A DNA stretch of 61,361 nucleotides. Source: Chloroflexota bacterium (GTDB taxonomy: Bacteria; Chloroflexota; Dehalococcoidia; Lucifugimonadales; Lucifugimonadaceae). Of this stretch, positions 39,483-50,098 are shown in pieces; the first letter of the stretch is position 1; every line of letters begins with the position of its first letter. A program made the translations under genes and the position numbers. The notes beneath the pieces were generated by a model, which was not told where the DNA came from, did not search any database, and saw only the letters and a program-made list of their open reading frames with translations. The DNA is taken from contig PBHC01000007.1 of assembly GCA_002719295.1 (NCBI GenBank), positions 37,793-99,153 of the forward strand. Direction: 5' to 3'.

Positions 39483-41080
39483 TTAATAATAAATCCATTA
39501 TAACTATTACTAGCTATCTCCTCACATTTTTCTCTATAGTTTCCGAATCCACCTGCATAAGGCATAAATACTCTTTTTTTACCAGGAACATTTGCACCTA
39601 CATACCAAGAGTTACATGTATACCTTAAAGTGTTGCTAGCTACATCTTCAATATGTTCCATCCAGCTATTTTCAAATTCAACATTTGCTTCAATATTATT
39701 TTTATTTGATTTATAAAGAAATTTTATACAGTCAAAAATCCACTCAACATGCTGTTCAATTGCTACTATCATATTTGTTAAAACTGAAGGGCTTCCAGGC
39801 CCTGTTACTGTAAATAGATTTGGGAAATCTGATATTGAAATGCCTAAATAAGACCTTGGGCCATCTTTCCATTTATCCTTAAGTTTTTTATTATTTTTTC
39901 CTGTTATTTCTATAGACAACAGAGCTCCAGTCATTGCGTCAAAACCGGTTGCAAAAATCAAAATATCAAAATCAAAGTCTCTTTTATTAGTTGATAATCC
40001 TTTTTTAGTAATAGATTTTATAGGAGTACTATTTATATCAATCAATTCAACATTTTTTTTGTTAAAAGTTTCAAAATAATTGGTGTCAGCACATAATCTT
40101 TTACAACCAATAGAATCTTTCGGAGAAAGTAAGTCTGCCGTAATTGGATCATTAACAATTTCTTTGATTTTTGATTTTACAAAATCAGCTGCTATTTTAT
40201 TTGCTTCAGGTTCAATTCCTACATCTGTAAAACCAGCTGTAAAAATTTCTTGACCTCCAATATCCCATCGTTTATTTAATTCTGTATTTATGTAGTCTTT
40301 TGAAAAATCTAAAATCTTTCTTTCTTCAAACTGGTTATAACCTATTCCTGCTCTTGTATATTTAGCTTTATTTCTAATTTCAGAATAATTAGATTTAGCA
40401 TTTAAAATTTCTTTATTTGATAAAGGCCTATTTTTAGCAGGAATAGAATAATTAGGACTTCTTTGAAATACAGTTAAATTTTTAGCTTCATTTGCTATAA
40501 CAGGTATTGATTGAACTGCAGATGATCCAGTACCTATAATTCCAACTTTTTTATTAGTAAAATCTACTTTTTCATGAGGCCATCTACCTGTAATATATGA
40601 TTCACCTTGAAAATCTTCTAAACCCTCAAAGGTAGGTTCCTTAATTGATGATAATGTACCTGTTGCCATGACACAAAATTTAGAAATATAAGAACTAGAT
40701 TCAGTATTTATTTCCCATTCATTACTTGATTCTTTATAAGTAGCTGATTTAACCGTAGTATTAAATACAATATGTTTTCTCAAATCAAATTTATCAGCTA
40801 CATGATTTAGATATTCCAAAATTTCTGATTGATCAGAATATCTATTTGACCAATTCCATTCTTGCTGTAAATCTTCAGAAAACGAATAGCTGTATTCAAT
40901 GCTTTCAATATCACACCTAGCTCCAGGGTATCTATTCCAATACCAAGTCCCTCCTACTCCTGAAGCTTTTTCAATAATAATTGCTTCAAGGTTAATCTCT
41001 CTAAGTTTGTAAAGCATATACAAACCTGCAAAACCAGATCCAATAATAATCACATCTGGTTTTTTACATTTTGTAATCAT
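39479..41080 (-). CDS. type I Baeyer-Villiger monooxygenase (cyclohexanone/phenylacetone monooxygenase-like)
   Basis: GSGFAG, GGTWYWNRYPGARCD, GTGSS, KR, ATGFDA, SWYVGANVPGK. Confidence 0.93.
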   Translation of the reverse strand: MITKCKKPDVIIIGSGFAGLYMLYKLREINLEAIIIEKASGVGGTWYWNRYPGARCDIESIEYSYSFSEDLQQEWNWSNRYSDQSEILEYLNHVADKFDLRKHIVFNTTVKSATYKESSNEWEINTESSSYISKFCVMATGTLSSIKEPTFEGLEDFQGESYITGRWPHEKVDFTNKKVGIIGTGSSAVQSIPVIANEAKNLTVFQRSPNYSIPAKNRPLSNKEILNAKSNYSEIRNKAKYTRAGIGYNQFEERKILDFSKDYINTELNKRWDIGGQEIFTAGFTDVGIEPEANKIAADFVKSKIKEIVNDPITADLLSPKDSIGCKRLCADTNYFETFNKKNVELIDINSTPIKSITKKGLSTNKRDFDFDILIFATGFDAMTGALLSIEITGKNNKKLKDKWKDGPRSYLGISISDFPNLFTVTGPGSPSVLTNMIVAIEQHVEWIFDCIKFLYKSNKNNIEANVEFENSWMEHIEDVASNTLRYTCNSWYVGANVPGKKRVFMPYAGGFGNYREKCEEIASNSYNGFIIN

Positions 41081-41085
41081 TAATA

Positions 41086-42180
41086 TCAGACCCTATCCCT
41101 TGCATGTGGAGTAATTACCCCAGATACATCTCCATTTTTGTCTATCTTTAAAGCTCTATTATATTTAGGAGTAACTGTGCATGCATGTCCTGGTTGAGCT
41201 AATACATAATCTCCCAAACCTAATGAATCTCCATTAAGTTTTATGATTCCATGTTCTTCATTTTGGAAAATCAATTTAGAGTTCGGTTTATCTATAAGTT
41301 TTAGCCTATTTTCAGTAAGAGGATCACTTGATACAGCTTTTGCTCCTATATCAATAGTAACCGTGTCATTTGATTTGTTTTCATCAATAACCTGACCTAA
41401 TATAACTCCAGCAATTTTAAATGACAACTCTTTTTGTTTGATATTACTGATGTCCCAATAAATCCAAGTCCCTGGTGATAGTTTTATATCTTTTTCTTTT
41501 ATATAAAAGTGAAAAGACCAAGACCCTCCAACAATAATTTCAAAATCATTTATAGAAAACTTTTCTTTAACTAAATTTTCAACTTCTCTAATATCTTTTA
41601 ATGAGTTTTGGGTATCTATTACCCTGTCTTCAACACTAACTACTCCATATGTTTGTCCATCATAGGCATGTATACCTTTTAAATTTTTGTAATTATTTGA
41701 AGAAATATAATCTAATAAATCTGAAACATTTTCTTTCAATATACCCGTTCTATTCATACCGGTATCTAAATCAATATAAATTCCAGCTAAATTTTTAACA
41801 TTCTTAATTAGATCAAAATGAAAATTATTTGAAATAATAGTATAAAACTTAGTATTAGGAAAATTTTCCACTATATTTTCTAGTCTTTTTGCTTTAGTGA
41901 TTGATGTTACAGGGTATGCCAATATTAAGGTATCAGGATTACACTCTGCTAAAACTTCTAATTCATTTAATGTTGATGTTTTATGTTTTTTGATCCCATT
42001 ATCTATAAGGAGACTCAAAGTATCTTTAGATTTATGGGTTTTGGCATGAGGGATTAATCGATCCTTATCCCCTACTAGATCTACTATTGAATCAATGTTA
42101 TGCAAAACTTTTTCTTCAAAAATTAGATGTTCTGGAGTTTCAAACGATTCCACATTATTTAATTTATATTCACTAAACAT
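41086..42180 (-). CDS. D-threonine-aldolase-like PLP enzyme (fold type III)
   Basis: PHAKTHK, DLDTGMNRTG, HAYDG, SPG, EEHG, HAC. Confidence 0.85.
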   Translation of the reverse strand: MFSEYKLNNVESFETPEHLIFEEKVLHNIDSIVDLVGDKDRLIPHAKTHKSKDTLSLLIDNGIKKHKTSTLNELEVLAECNPDTLILAYPVTSITKAKRLENIVENFPNTKFYTIISNNFHFDLIKNVKNLAGIYIDLDTGMNRTGILKENVSDLLDYISSNNYKNLKGIHAYDGQTYGVVSVEDRVIDTQNSLKDIREVENLVKEKFSINDFEIIVGGSWSFHFYIKEKDIKLSPGTWIYWDISNIKQKELSFKIAGVILGQVIDENKSNDTVTIDIGAKAVSSDPLTENRLKLIDKPNSKLIFQNEEHGIIKLNGDSLGLGDYVLAQPGHACTVTPKYNRALKIDKNGDVSGVITPHARDRV

Positions 42181-42316
42181 AATAAATTCTTAATATATTG
42201 TTGATTAAATTTATCTTATCAATTAAATCTTGCTTTAAAGATTTTATTACAAATATTTTATAGTTATTTATTAATTTTAATATATAGTGTTCTTAATAAA
42301 TACAAAACTCAATTAA

Positions 42317-43321
42317 ATGAAAGCATCAGTTTGGCTAGGAGAAAATAAATTTGAAATTCAGGAAATAAATCTTCCTAAATTGAAAGATGAGCAAGTGCTA
42401 GTTAAAATAGAAAGGGTTGGATTATGCGGTACAGATGTCCACATTACACAAGGTCTTTTCCCTTCAAATCCTCCAAAAATATTAGGACATGAATTTAGTG
42501 GAGTTATAGTTGATGTAGGTTCAAATGTTCCTATAGAAAAAATTGGTAAAAGGGTAGCTTGTAACACAACTTCTAGTTGTGGAAATTGTATTAATTGTTT
42601 GAACTGGCAAATATCTAGATGCTTAAATTCTGAAAAAAGCACAGGTGCTTTTGCTGAATTTTCAATAATGAATATTTCATGTGCAGTAGAAATACCTAAA
42701 GAAATGACATTTGAAGTCGCAGCTATGACAGAACCTGCAGCATGTTGTTTTTCAGGTACTGAAATGATTGATTATAAAGATAATTCAAAAGTTCTTATCT
42801 TAGGTTCTGGAATAATGGGTATTTTTTGTCAACTTTTTGTCATGAAAAAAAACATTGATTGTTTAGTCGTTTCTGAGCCTAACAAAATCAGAAGAGATAT
42901 AGCAAAATCATTAGGCGCCAATTTTGTCTTGGATCCTTTTAGTGATAATTATAAAGAAGAGCTAAATGAAATCACTGAAAAAGTGGGATTTGATGTTTTA
43001 ATTGAAGCTGTAGGAAATCCAAAGTTACTAGCTGAAGGAATTTCAAACTTGAGACCAAGAGGTCAAGCATTAATGATTGGAGTTCATCCAGAAGAATCAA
43101 ATTTAATGAGTGACTTATACGATTTTCACTATAGAGAAATAAAACTTTTTGGTTCATTTGGAAGAGGGAATTATTTTGACCAAACTCCTGAAAAAATCAA
43201 TGAGTTTAATCTTGAAAAATTAGTTAGCAAGACTTATAAATTAGAAGAAATAAATGAAGCAATAGAATCTACTTCAAATGGAGAAGGAATGAAATATATG
43301 ATTGCTCCAAATGAAAGATAA
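42317..43321 (+). CDS. zinc-dependent medium-chain alcohol/polyol dehydrogenase
   Basis: LCGTD, LGHEFSG, CGNCINC...C, TEPAAC, GSGIMG. Confidence 0.92.
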   Translation: MKASVWLGENKFEIQEINLPKLKDEQVLVKIERVGLCGTDVHITQGLFPSNPPKILGHEFSGVIVDVGSNVPIEKIGKRVACNTTSSCGNCINCLNWQISRCLNSEKSTGAFAEFSIMNISCAVEIPKEMTFEVAAMTEPAACCFSGTEMIDYKDNSKVLILGSGIMGIFCQLFVMKKNIDCLVVSEPNKIRRDIAKSLGANFVLDPFSDNYKEELNEITEKVGFDVLIEAVGNPKLLAEGISNLRPRGQALMIGVHPEESNLMSDLYDFHYREIKLFGSFGRGNYFDQTPEKINEFNLEKLVSKTYKLEEINEAIESTSNGEGMKYMIAPNER

Positions 43322-43325
43322 TTTA

Positions 43326-44090
43326 ATGAAAAAAGAATTTAATATCATTGCTCATAGAGGATTTTCAGAATTATCACCTGAAAATACTTTCCCTGCTTTC
43401 GATTTAGCTATAAGCTCAGGCTTCCATAATTTTGAATTTGATGTTCAACTTACTAAAGATCATATTCCAGTAGTAATACATGACTTCGATTTATACAGAA
43501 CTACAGGAGTAAAAGGGCTTATTTCAGAAAAAAATTATAATGAAATACAAAACCTACAAGCAAAAAATAGCTTTAAAGTAAAAGATGATCATTATTTAAT
43601 TCCAAAACTAGACGATCTATTAAAAAAATATTCAGGGGTATCTAATTTACATTTAGAACTAAAATCTAGAGACCAAGAACTTCCAGAAATAGTATTAGAA
43701 TCCTTAAGAAAAAATAGCTGGTTAGATTCAAAAAAAGGTATATATGAGCCCGGTGGAATAACAATAAGCAGTTTTTTTCTTGAGCAAATAATAAGATTCC
43801 GTAAATTAGATCAAAAGGAGAGAACAGCCTGGCTATTAGAAAAAATAACAACATACGATTTAGAAATCTGTGTAGACCAAGAAATAAACCTTATTTGTCC
43901 TAGAGCTAAATTTTCAAATATAGATTCAGTTAATAAAGCAAAAGAAAAAAATATTTTAGTAAGGAATTGGGGGGTCTCAAATAAAGAAGATCTAATAACA
44001 GCTTATAATTCCGAAAGTACGGGAACAACAATAGATTGGCCATCAAAAGGAAAGGAAATATTAAAAAATCATGAAAATAACAAAGGTTAA
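43326..44090 (+). CDS. glycerophosphodiester phosphodiesterase family protein
   Basis: IIAHRG, PENT, EFDVQLTKD, HD, ELK, TIDWP; start at MKKEF. Confidence 0.9.
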   Translation: MKKEFNIIAHRGFSELSPENTFPAFDLAISSGFHNFEFDVQLTKDHIPVVIHDFDLYRTTGVKGLISEKNYNEIQNLQAKNSFKVKDDHYLIPKLDDLLKKYSGVSNLHLELKSRDQELPEIVLESLRKNSWLDSKKGIYEPGGITISSFFLEQIIRFRKLDQKERTAWLLEKITTYDLEICVDQEINLICPRAKFSNIDSVNKAKEKNILVRNWGVSNKEDLITAYNSESTGTTIDWPSKGKEILKNHENNKG

Positions 44091-45264
44091 AATAAGAAAA
44101 TTACAAGGAAGCTTTAAATCAGAAGGTATGTTTTGGGAAGACCGACTTGTTAGGCCAATAGATATATATCCTGAATATGCTGAAGAAGGTCATGAAAATG
44201 ATGCATTTCAAAAAGGAGACATAGTAAAAACTTCCTCTATATTTATAGAAATTCATACAGATGAAGGATTATACGGAACTGCAGGACCAATAGATTCATC
44301 TCATGCTGATATTGTAGAAAAATCTTTATCTAAAATAATTATTGGTATGGACGCACTAGCTATTGAATTAATTTGGGACCAAATGCATAGATTGAGTGTG
44401 CATGGGAGACAGGGTATTACAATGATGGCAATTAGTGCTATAGATTGCGCTTTATGGGACTTAAAAGGGAAATATTACAACTCCCCTGTATACAAAATTT
44501 TAGGAGGACCTACTAGAAAAAATATTCCTGCTTATGCCTCGATGCTTGGTTTCAATGTAACTGACATGAAATTAGTTTCAGAAAGAGCAAAATCATATAA
44601 AGAAAAAGGATTTACAGCTCAAAAATGGTTTTTTAGATTTGGTCCTATGGCTGGACGTGAAGGACTAAAAAAGAATGTTCAAATGGTTAAGACAATTAGA
44701 GAATCAGTTGGTGACGACTATGAAATAATGCTCGACTGCTGGCAATCAATGGACTATAAATATGTTGTTGAATTAGCAAAAAGAATCGAAGAATACAGGC
44801 CATATTGGTTAGAAGAAACTGTAATGCCTGACAGGATAGAAATTTATAAAAAGATTAAGGATAAAATAAGCATTCCTTTATCAGGTGCTGAACATGACTA
44901 TACAAGATGGGGAATGTTAAGATTTATTGAAAAAAATGCACTAGATATTTATCAACCTGATATTTATTGGGCAGGAGGGTTATCAGAAGTAATAAAAATA
45001 TCTCACTTAGCAAGCACTCATGATCTAATTACAATACCACATGGGCATTCATCTAATGCAACTCTGCACTTTTCATTATCACAAGTACCTATAAATACTC
45101 CATTTCAAGAGTATCTGATAAAGTGGAATAAAGTTCACCAACATTTTCTAAAAACTCCTGAAAAACCAAATCAGGGCTTTTTTGAAGAGACAGACGAAGT
45201 AGGTCTTGGAATGGAATTAGATAAAGAAAAAATAGAGAAAGAAGATATTGTAGAGATAAAATAG
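44071..45264 (+). CDS. enolase-superfamily acid-sugar dehydratase (rhamnonate dehydratase-like)
   Basis: SAIDCALWDLKGK, AYAS, MLDCW, WLEE, AEH, QPD, IPHG. Confidence 0.88.
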   Translation: MKITKVKIRKLQGSFKSEGMFWEDRLVRPIDIYPEYAEEGHENDAFQKGDIVKTSSIFIEIHTDEGLYGTAGPIDSSHADIVEKSLSKIIIGMDALAIELIWDQMHRLSVHGRQGITMMAISAIDCALWDLKGKYYNSPVYKILGGPTRKNIPAYASMLGFNVTDMKLVSERAKSYKEKGFTAQKWFFRFGPMAGREGLKKNVQMVKTIRESVGDDYEIMLDCWQSMDYKYVVELAKRIEEYRPYWLEETVMPDRIEIYKKIKDKISIPLSGAEHDYTRWGMLRFIEKNALDIYQPDIYWAGGLSEVIKISHLASTHDLITIPHGHSSNATLHFSLSQVPINTPFQEYLIKWNKVHQHFLKTPEKPNQGFFEETDEVGLGMELDKEKIEKEDIVEIK

Positions 45265-45273
45265 GAGAATTTT

Positions 45274-45999
45274 ATGAAAATCACAAATGCAAATGAAAAT
45301 ATGAATAATTCTATAGGACCTGATGTATGGTTAGCAGGAGATCCAGAAGACTTAAAAAAATGGATGGATAAGGGAGTCAAAGGAATTGTTACAAATACTG
45401 TTGTACTTAAAGATATGACAGACAAATATGGTTCATTAATAGATTTAACAAAAAGATATTTAGACATAACAGATAAAAAAGTTGCCATTGAGATAGATGG
45501 ACATTCTACAAATGAACTATTAGATGTAGGAGAAGCTTTTACAAAATTGTCAGATCAAATAATTCTAAAAATCCCAATGAGTGAACATGCATTAGGGGCA
45601 TTTGGAGAGTTAAAAAAAGCTAATGTTGAAACTTTTTGTACTACTATTTTTACATTAAATCAGGCTGTATTAGCTGCAAATGCTGGAGTAACTCATGTTT
45701 TGCCTTTCTGCGAGCCTTTTTTAGATGTAAATAAAGATTCGACAGAACTAATTAGGGAAATAAAATCTACATTTGACGGATGGAAGAATAGACCTTTTAT
45801 CACAGCTGCTCTTGTTAGATCTGTTACAACAGCACATAAAGCAATTTTAGATGGAGCAGATGGAATCATAATTTTTTGGCCAGTTTTTGAAGAAATGATA
45901 AAATCTAAATTTACTGATGAATGGAATGCAACCTTTTTAGATAAATGGAATGAAATATTTAAATCTGGTAATCTAAAGGGAATTAATTACAAGCCTTAG
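45274..45999 (+). CDS. transaldolase / fructose-6-phosphate aldolase family protein (divergent)
   Basis: GIVTN, IILKIP (Schiff-base Lys), TTIFTLNQAVLAANAG, GAD. Confidence 0.75.
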   Translation: MKITNANENMNNSIGPDVWLAGDPEDLKKWMDKGVKGIVTNTVVLKDMTDKYGSLIDLTKRYLDITDKKVAIEIDGHSTNELLDVGEAFTKLSDQIILKIPMSEHALGAFGELKKANVETFCTTIFTLNQAVLAANAGVTHVLPFCEPFLDVNKDSTELIREIKSTFDGWKNRPFITAALVRSVTTAHKAILDGADGIIIFWPVFEEMIKSKFTDEWNATFLDKWNEIFKSGNLKGINYKP

Positions 46000-46016
46000 G
46001 TTATTTTTATCATGAT

Positions 46017-47057
46017 TTAATCTAACATTTTTTCTAAGTCTTCAAGATGATCAGGAGAAGGATTAAATCCTACACCAAGTTCATTTACTATAAATGTTAT
46101 CTTATCGCAAAATGGAGTAGAAATTTTATTTTTTTTACCTACTTCACTTACATATCCAGTTAGGTAATCGATTTCTGTTCTTCTTTTTTTTAGAACATCC
46201 TGACCAAATGACGGACGACTAGCTGAACCAGCTTGTTTAGCAGCATCTAAAAATTGATTCTTTATTTCTTCAATCTTCTCACCATTAGCAGCATCTACAA
46301 AATCATCAGGTTCCATTCCCATTATAGTACCCATTTTATAGCCTTCAGATTTTGCAACTTTAACAACTTCTGAAGCAATTTGAATAGCAATATTTTGAGT
46401 TATTGATTCTGATCTAACTTTTGAAGTTCCCCAACCTGTTAATCCAGCGAGTGGATTTGCCATACAATTTACCATTAATTTTGACCACCTCTCCCCTAGT
46501 AAATCATCAGTATAATCTGATAATCCTACAGCTTGCATCATTAAAACAAAATCTTTTAATCTTTCCGTAATCACTCCAGATACTTCACCAACTTTAAAGC
46601 AAATATCTTTTCTATCATCTGTCCTCCATGCATACCCAGGCATAGAAGCAACTGCACTAATAGTTATAATGCATCCTAAAGTATTTTCCTTACCTACAAT
46701 TTCTGAAATTCTTAAATCATTTATTCCATTTTGGAAATCTACAAAAAAACCATTATTTTTTACATAATTTTTTAAAGCATGAGTAGCCCATTCTGTGTCA
46801 TATGACTTAACTGAAATTATTCCTATATCAAACTTTTCCTTTATACTCTGTAGTTCGTTTACGTGAACAACTTTTGGCTTACATCTATATTCGGACTCTT
46901 GATTTATAACAATTAGACCATTGGATTTAATTTTTTCTATATGCTCATGCCAAGTATCTATAAGAGTCACATCATGACCTGCTCTAGAAAGTAACCCTCC
47001 TACTACACCTCCTATTGCTCCAGCTCCAAAAACACCAATTCTTTTTTTATCGTACAT
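46017..47057 (-). CDS. ketopantoate reductase (ApbA/PanE) family oxidoreductase, paralogue 1
   Basis: GAGAIGG, VKSYDT, QNG, WSKL..N, S..QD, RTEIDYLTG. Confidence 0.85.
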   Translation of the reverse strand: MYDKKRIGVFGAGAIGGVVGGLLSRAGHDVTLIDTWHEHIEKIKSNGLIVINQESEYRCKPKVVHVNELQSIKEKFDIGIISVKSYDTEWATHALKNYVKNNGFFVDFQNGINDLRISEIVGKENTLGCIITISAVASMPGYAWRTDDRKDICFKVGEVSGVITERLKDFVLMMQAVGLSDYTDDLLGERWSKLMVNCMANPLAGLTGWGTSKVRSESITQNIAIQIASEVVKVAKSEGYKMGTIMGMEPDDFVDAANGEKIEEIKNQFLDAAKQAGSASRPSFGQDVLKKRRTEIDYLTGYVSEVGKKNKISTPFCDKITFIVNELGVGFNPSPDHLEDLEKMLD

Positions 47058-47075
47058 TTATCTCTCACTAAACTA

Positions 47076-48119
47076 TCAGCTAATCATTTCTTCAATTTCA
47101 TCAAGATGCTTAGGAGAAGGATCAAATCCAACACCTAGCTCATTTACTATTTCAGTTATCTTATCGCATACAGGAGTATCTACATTATTTTTCTTTCCAA
47201 TTTTACTTATATACCCTGTAAGAAAATTTACTTCTGTTCTTCTTTTTTTCAAAACGTCCTGACCAAATGATGGCCTACTTGCTGAACCTGCCATTTTAGC
47301 TGCCTCTAACATTTTATTTTTCAATTCTTCAATTTTGTTTCCAGATGCTGCATCTAAATATTCATCAGCAGATATACCATTTATATCTGTAATTTCAAAT
47401 CCTTCAGATTTTGAAACATGAATAACTTCAGCTGCAATTTTTATTGCTACATCTTGAGCAATAGGTTCTGATCTGACTTCTGAAGTTCCCCATCCTGTCA
47501 AACCTGATAGAGTATTATCCATACAATTTACCATCAGTTTCGTCCACCTGTCTCTCATTAAATTATCTGTCGCTTCTGTTTGTCCTACGGCCTGCATCAT
47601 TGCAACAAAATCTTTTAGTCTTTCTGTAATACCTCCACTCATCTCTCCTACTTTATATGCAGTACCATTCCCTCTAGAATCAGTCCTCCAAGCAAATCCT
47701 GGCTCTGATGCCATAGCAGCTATTGTTATTACACATCCAAGAGTTTTTTCCTCCCCTACAATTTCTGAAATAGTATAATCATTTATTCCATTTTGGAAGC
47801 CAACAAAATATCCATCATCTTTTACATAACTTTTCAATGCATGAGTTACCCATTCTGTATCATATGATTTTACTGCAATAATTCCTATGTCAAATTTTTC
47901 TTTAATTCCTTGAAGATTATTAATATGAACAGCATTGGGTTTACATAAATATTCTGAAACTTGGTTTTTAACAATAAGACCATTAGAATTGATTTTTTCT
48001 ATATGTTCATACCAAGTATCTATAAAGGTAACATCATGACCTGCTCTAGAAAGTAAGCCGCCCGTAATACCTCCGATTGCTCCAGCTCCAAAAACTCCAA
48101 TCCTTTTCTTATCGTACAT
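47076..48119 (-). CDS. ketopantoate reductase (ApbA/PanE) family oxidoreductase, paralogue 2
   Basis: GAGAIGG, VKSYDT, QNG, WTKL..N, S..QD, RTEVNFLTG. Confidence 0.85.
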   Translation of the reverse strand: MYDKKRIGVFGAGAIGGITGGLLSRAGHDVTFIDTWYEHIEKINSNGLIVKNQVSEYLCKPNAVHINNLQGIKEKFDIGIIAVKSYDTEWVTHALKSYVKDDGYFVGFQNGINDYTISEIVGEEKTLGCVITIAAMASEPGFAWRTDSRGNGTAYKVGEMSGGITERLKDFVAMMQAVGQTEATDNLMRDRWTKLMVNCMDNTLSGLTGWGTSEVRSEPIAQDVAIKIAAEVIHVSKSEGFEITDINGISADEYLDAASGNKIEELKNKMLEAAKMAGSASRPSFGQDVLKKRRTEVNFLTGYISKIGKKNNVDTPVCDKITEIVNELGVGFDPSPKHLDEIEEMIS

Positions 48120-48191
48120 TTTGTATCCTTAGTTATAAAATTAAATTTCTTTGATAATAATATAACTAATTAAAAAATAACAATAGAAAAT

Positions 48192-48929
48192 TTATAGAAT
48201 TTGACTTAAGAATAGCTTAGTTCTATCTTCTTGGGGATTTTCAAAAAAGTGTTCTGGAGTTCCAGATTCTACAATCAGTCCTTCATCAAAAAATAAAAAG
48301 CGGTCAGCTACTTCTTTAGCGAATCCCATTTCATGTGTAACACAAATCATTGTCATTCCACTTTGTGCAAGCTCAGTCATTACATCTAAAACTTCTTTTA
48401 TCATTTCTGGATCTAAAGCTGACGTAGGTTCATCGAATAACATTATTTTTGGTTGCATTGCTAACGCTCTAGCTATAGCAACTCTCTGTTGTTGACCTCC
48501 AGATAATTGAGAAGGATATTTCAAAGCCTGTTCTGGAATTCCTACTCTTTCTAACAAACTCATCCCTAAATCTTCTGCTTCTGATTTAGGTAATTTTTTT
48601 ACTTTCTGTGGAGCTAAAGTTATGTTTCTTAATACAGATAAATGAGGAAAAAGATTAAATTGTTGAAAAACCATTCCAACTTCTGATCTAATCTTTTCTA
48701 TATTTTTAATATTATTGTTAAGCTCAGTACCATTTACTTTTATTAATCCTGAATCATGCTCTTCAAGACCGTTTATAGTTCTAATATAAGTTGATTTACC
48801 AGAACCAGAGGGACCTAACACAACGACTACTTCTCCTTCATATATATCAGCTGTAATTCCTTTCAATGCTTGAAATGATCCAAAAAATTTTGTTACATCC
48901 TTGGTTTCAACAGATATTTTTTTATCCAT
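48192..48929 (-). CDS. aapP: amino-acid ABC transporter ATP-binding protein (AapP/BztD)
   Basis: [40 protein letters not shown]. Confidence 0.9.
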   Translation of the reverse strand: MDKKISVETKDVTKFFGSFQALKGITADIYEGEVVVVLGPSGSGKSTYIRTINGLEEHDSGLIKVNGTELNNNIKNIEKIRSEVGMVFQQFNLFPHLSVLRNITLAPQKVKKLPKSEAEDLGMSLLERVGIPEQALKYPSQLSGGQQQRVAIARALAMQPKIMLFDEPTSALDPEMIKEVLDVMTELAQSGMTMICVTHEMGFAKEVADRFLFFDEGLIVESGTPEHFFENPQEDRTKLFLSQIL

Positions 48930-48940
48930 AATTTCTCTCC

Positions 48941-50098
48941 TTATTGACTAACATTTAGCCTTTTTTCAATTGATCTGCTTATTTGTGAAAGTATTATTGA
49001 AACTACCCAAAATAACAAAGCTACAATTAATAATACTTCTATAGATTTACCGTAAAATTCTTGTTGTTGTTCAGGAATCAATCTCCCAATTCTCAATAAA
49101 TCTGTAATTCCTAAAATAAACACCAGAGATGTATCTTTGAAGATAGCTATAAAGGTACTAACTATAGCAGGAATTACGATTCTTATTGCCTGAGGCATAG
49201 TAATAAATAATAATTCTAAAAATGTATTTAATCCTAATGCGGTAGCTGCTTCTTTCTGGCCTTTTGGGATAGATTGAAGTCCACCTCTAACTACTTCTGC
49301 TACATATGCGCTAGAAAATAAAGATAAAACAATCATAGCTCTAATAACTAGATTTATATCGTTTAGAGAAAATAAATCAGGTAAAAAGTTTGGAAGAACA
49401 AACCAAGCAAAAAATAGCCAAGCTATCAATGGGGCTCCTCTAAAAGTTTCAATAAAAACAACTGAAACTAATTTTATGGTTTTATAGGAACTTGCTCTTC
49501 CTAATGCAAATATAACTCCCAAAGGAAAACCAGCTAATATTGCTATTACAGCAAGTATTAAGTTAACAAAAAAGCCTCCCCAAAGTGTTACTTTAGGACC
49601 ATCTCCTAAGACTAAGACAAAAAATAAAAATGGTATAAAAATAATCCAAGAAATAACAATTATTCTTGAGAGTATTACTCTATATGATCTTCTCTTTAGA
49701 TAATAGACAAAAACATAAGACAACAAAGATAGAATTATAAGTATCAAAATATGAAAAATCATATTAATTGTTGTAAATATCAGGAAAGGTATCAAAAGAA
49801 TAAAAACATAGAAAATAGAAGTTCTTATTTGCAATCCATAAACAAGAGAAATAGTTGAAGTTAACAAAAGTGAAAAAACATAAAATACAGACCATATACG
49901 CCATAAATCTTCTTCAGGGAATAAACCAACTAGTAAAATTTTTCTATTTACTTCTATAAGAGTCCAGTCAGAAGAAAAAACAAAATTTAAGAATAAAGAT
50001 AATATAAAATAAATAAAATAGGCTCCTATTATAGTCAAAAATATATCAACCTTAGTGGCTAATAAATTTTCTTTTACCCAACTAATTGCTTTTGTCAT
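48941..50098 (-). CDS. aapM: amino-acid ABC transporter permease (AapM/BztC)
   Basis: [34 protein letters not shown]. Confidence 0.88.
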   Translation of the reverse strand: MTKAISWVKENLLATKVDIFLTIIGAYFIYFILSLFLNFVFSSDWTLIEVNRKILLVGLFPEEDLWRIWSVFYVFSLLLTSTISLVYGLQIRTSIFYVFILLIPFLIFTTINMIFHILILIILSLLSYVFVYYLKRRSYRVILSRIIVISWIIFIPFLFFVLVLGDGPKVTLWGGFFVNLILAVIAILAGFPLGVIFALGRASSYKTIKLVSVVFIETFRGAPLIAWLFFAWFVLPNFLPDLFSLNDINLVIRAMIVLSLFSSAYVAEVVRGGLQSIPKGQKEAATALGLNTFLELLFITMPQAIRIVIPAIVSTFIAIFKDTSLVFILGITDLLRIGRLIPEQQQEFYGKSIEVLLIVALLFWVVSIILSQISRSIEKRLNVSQ

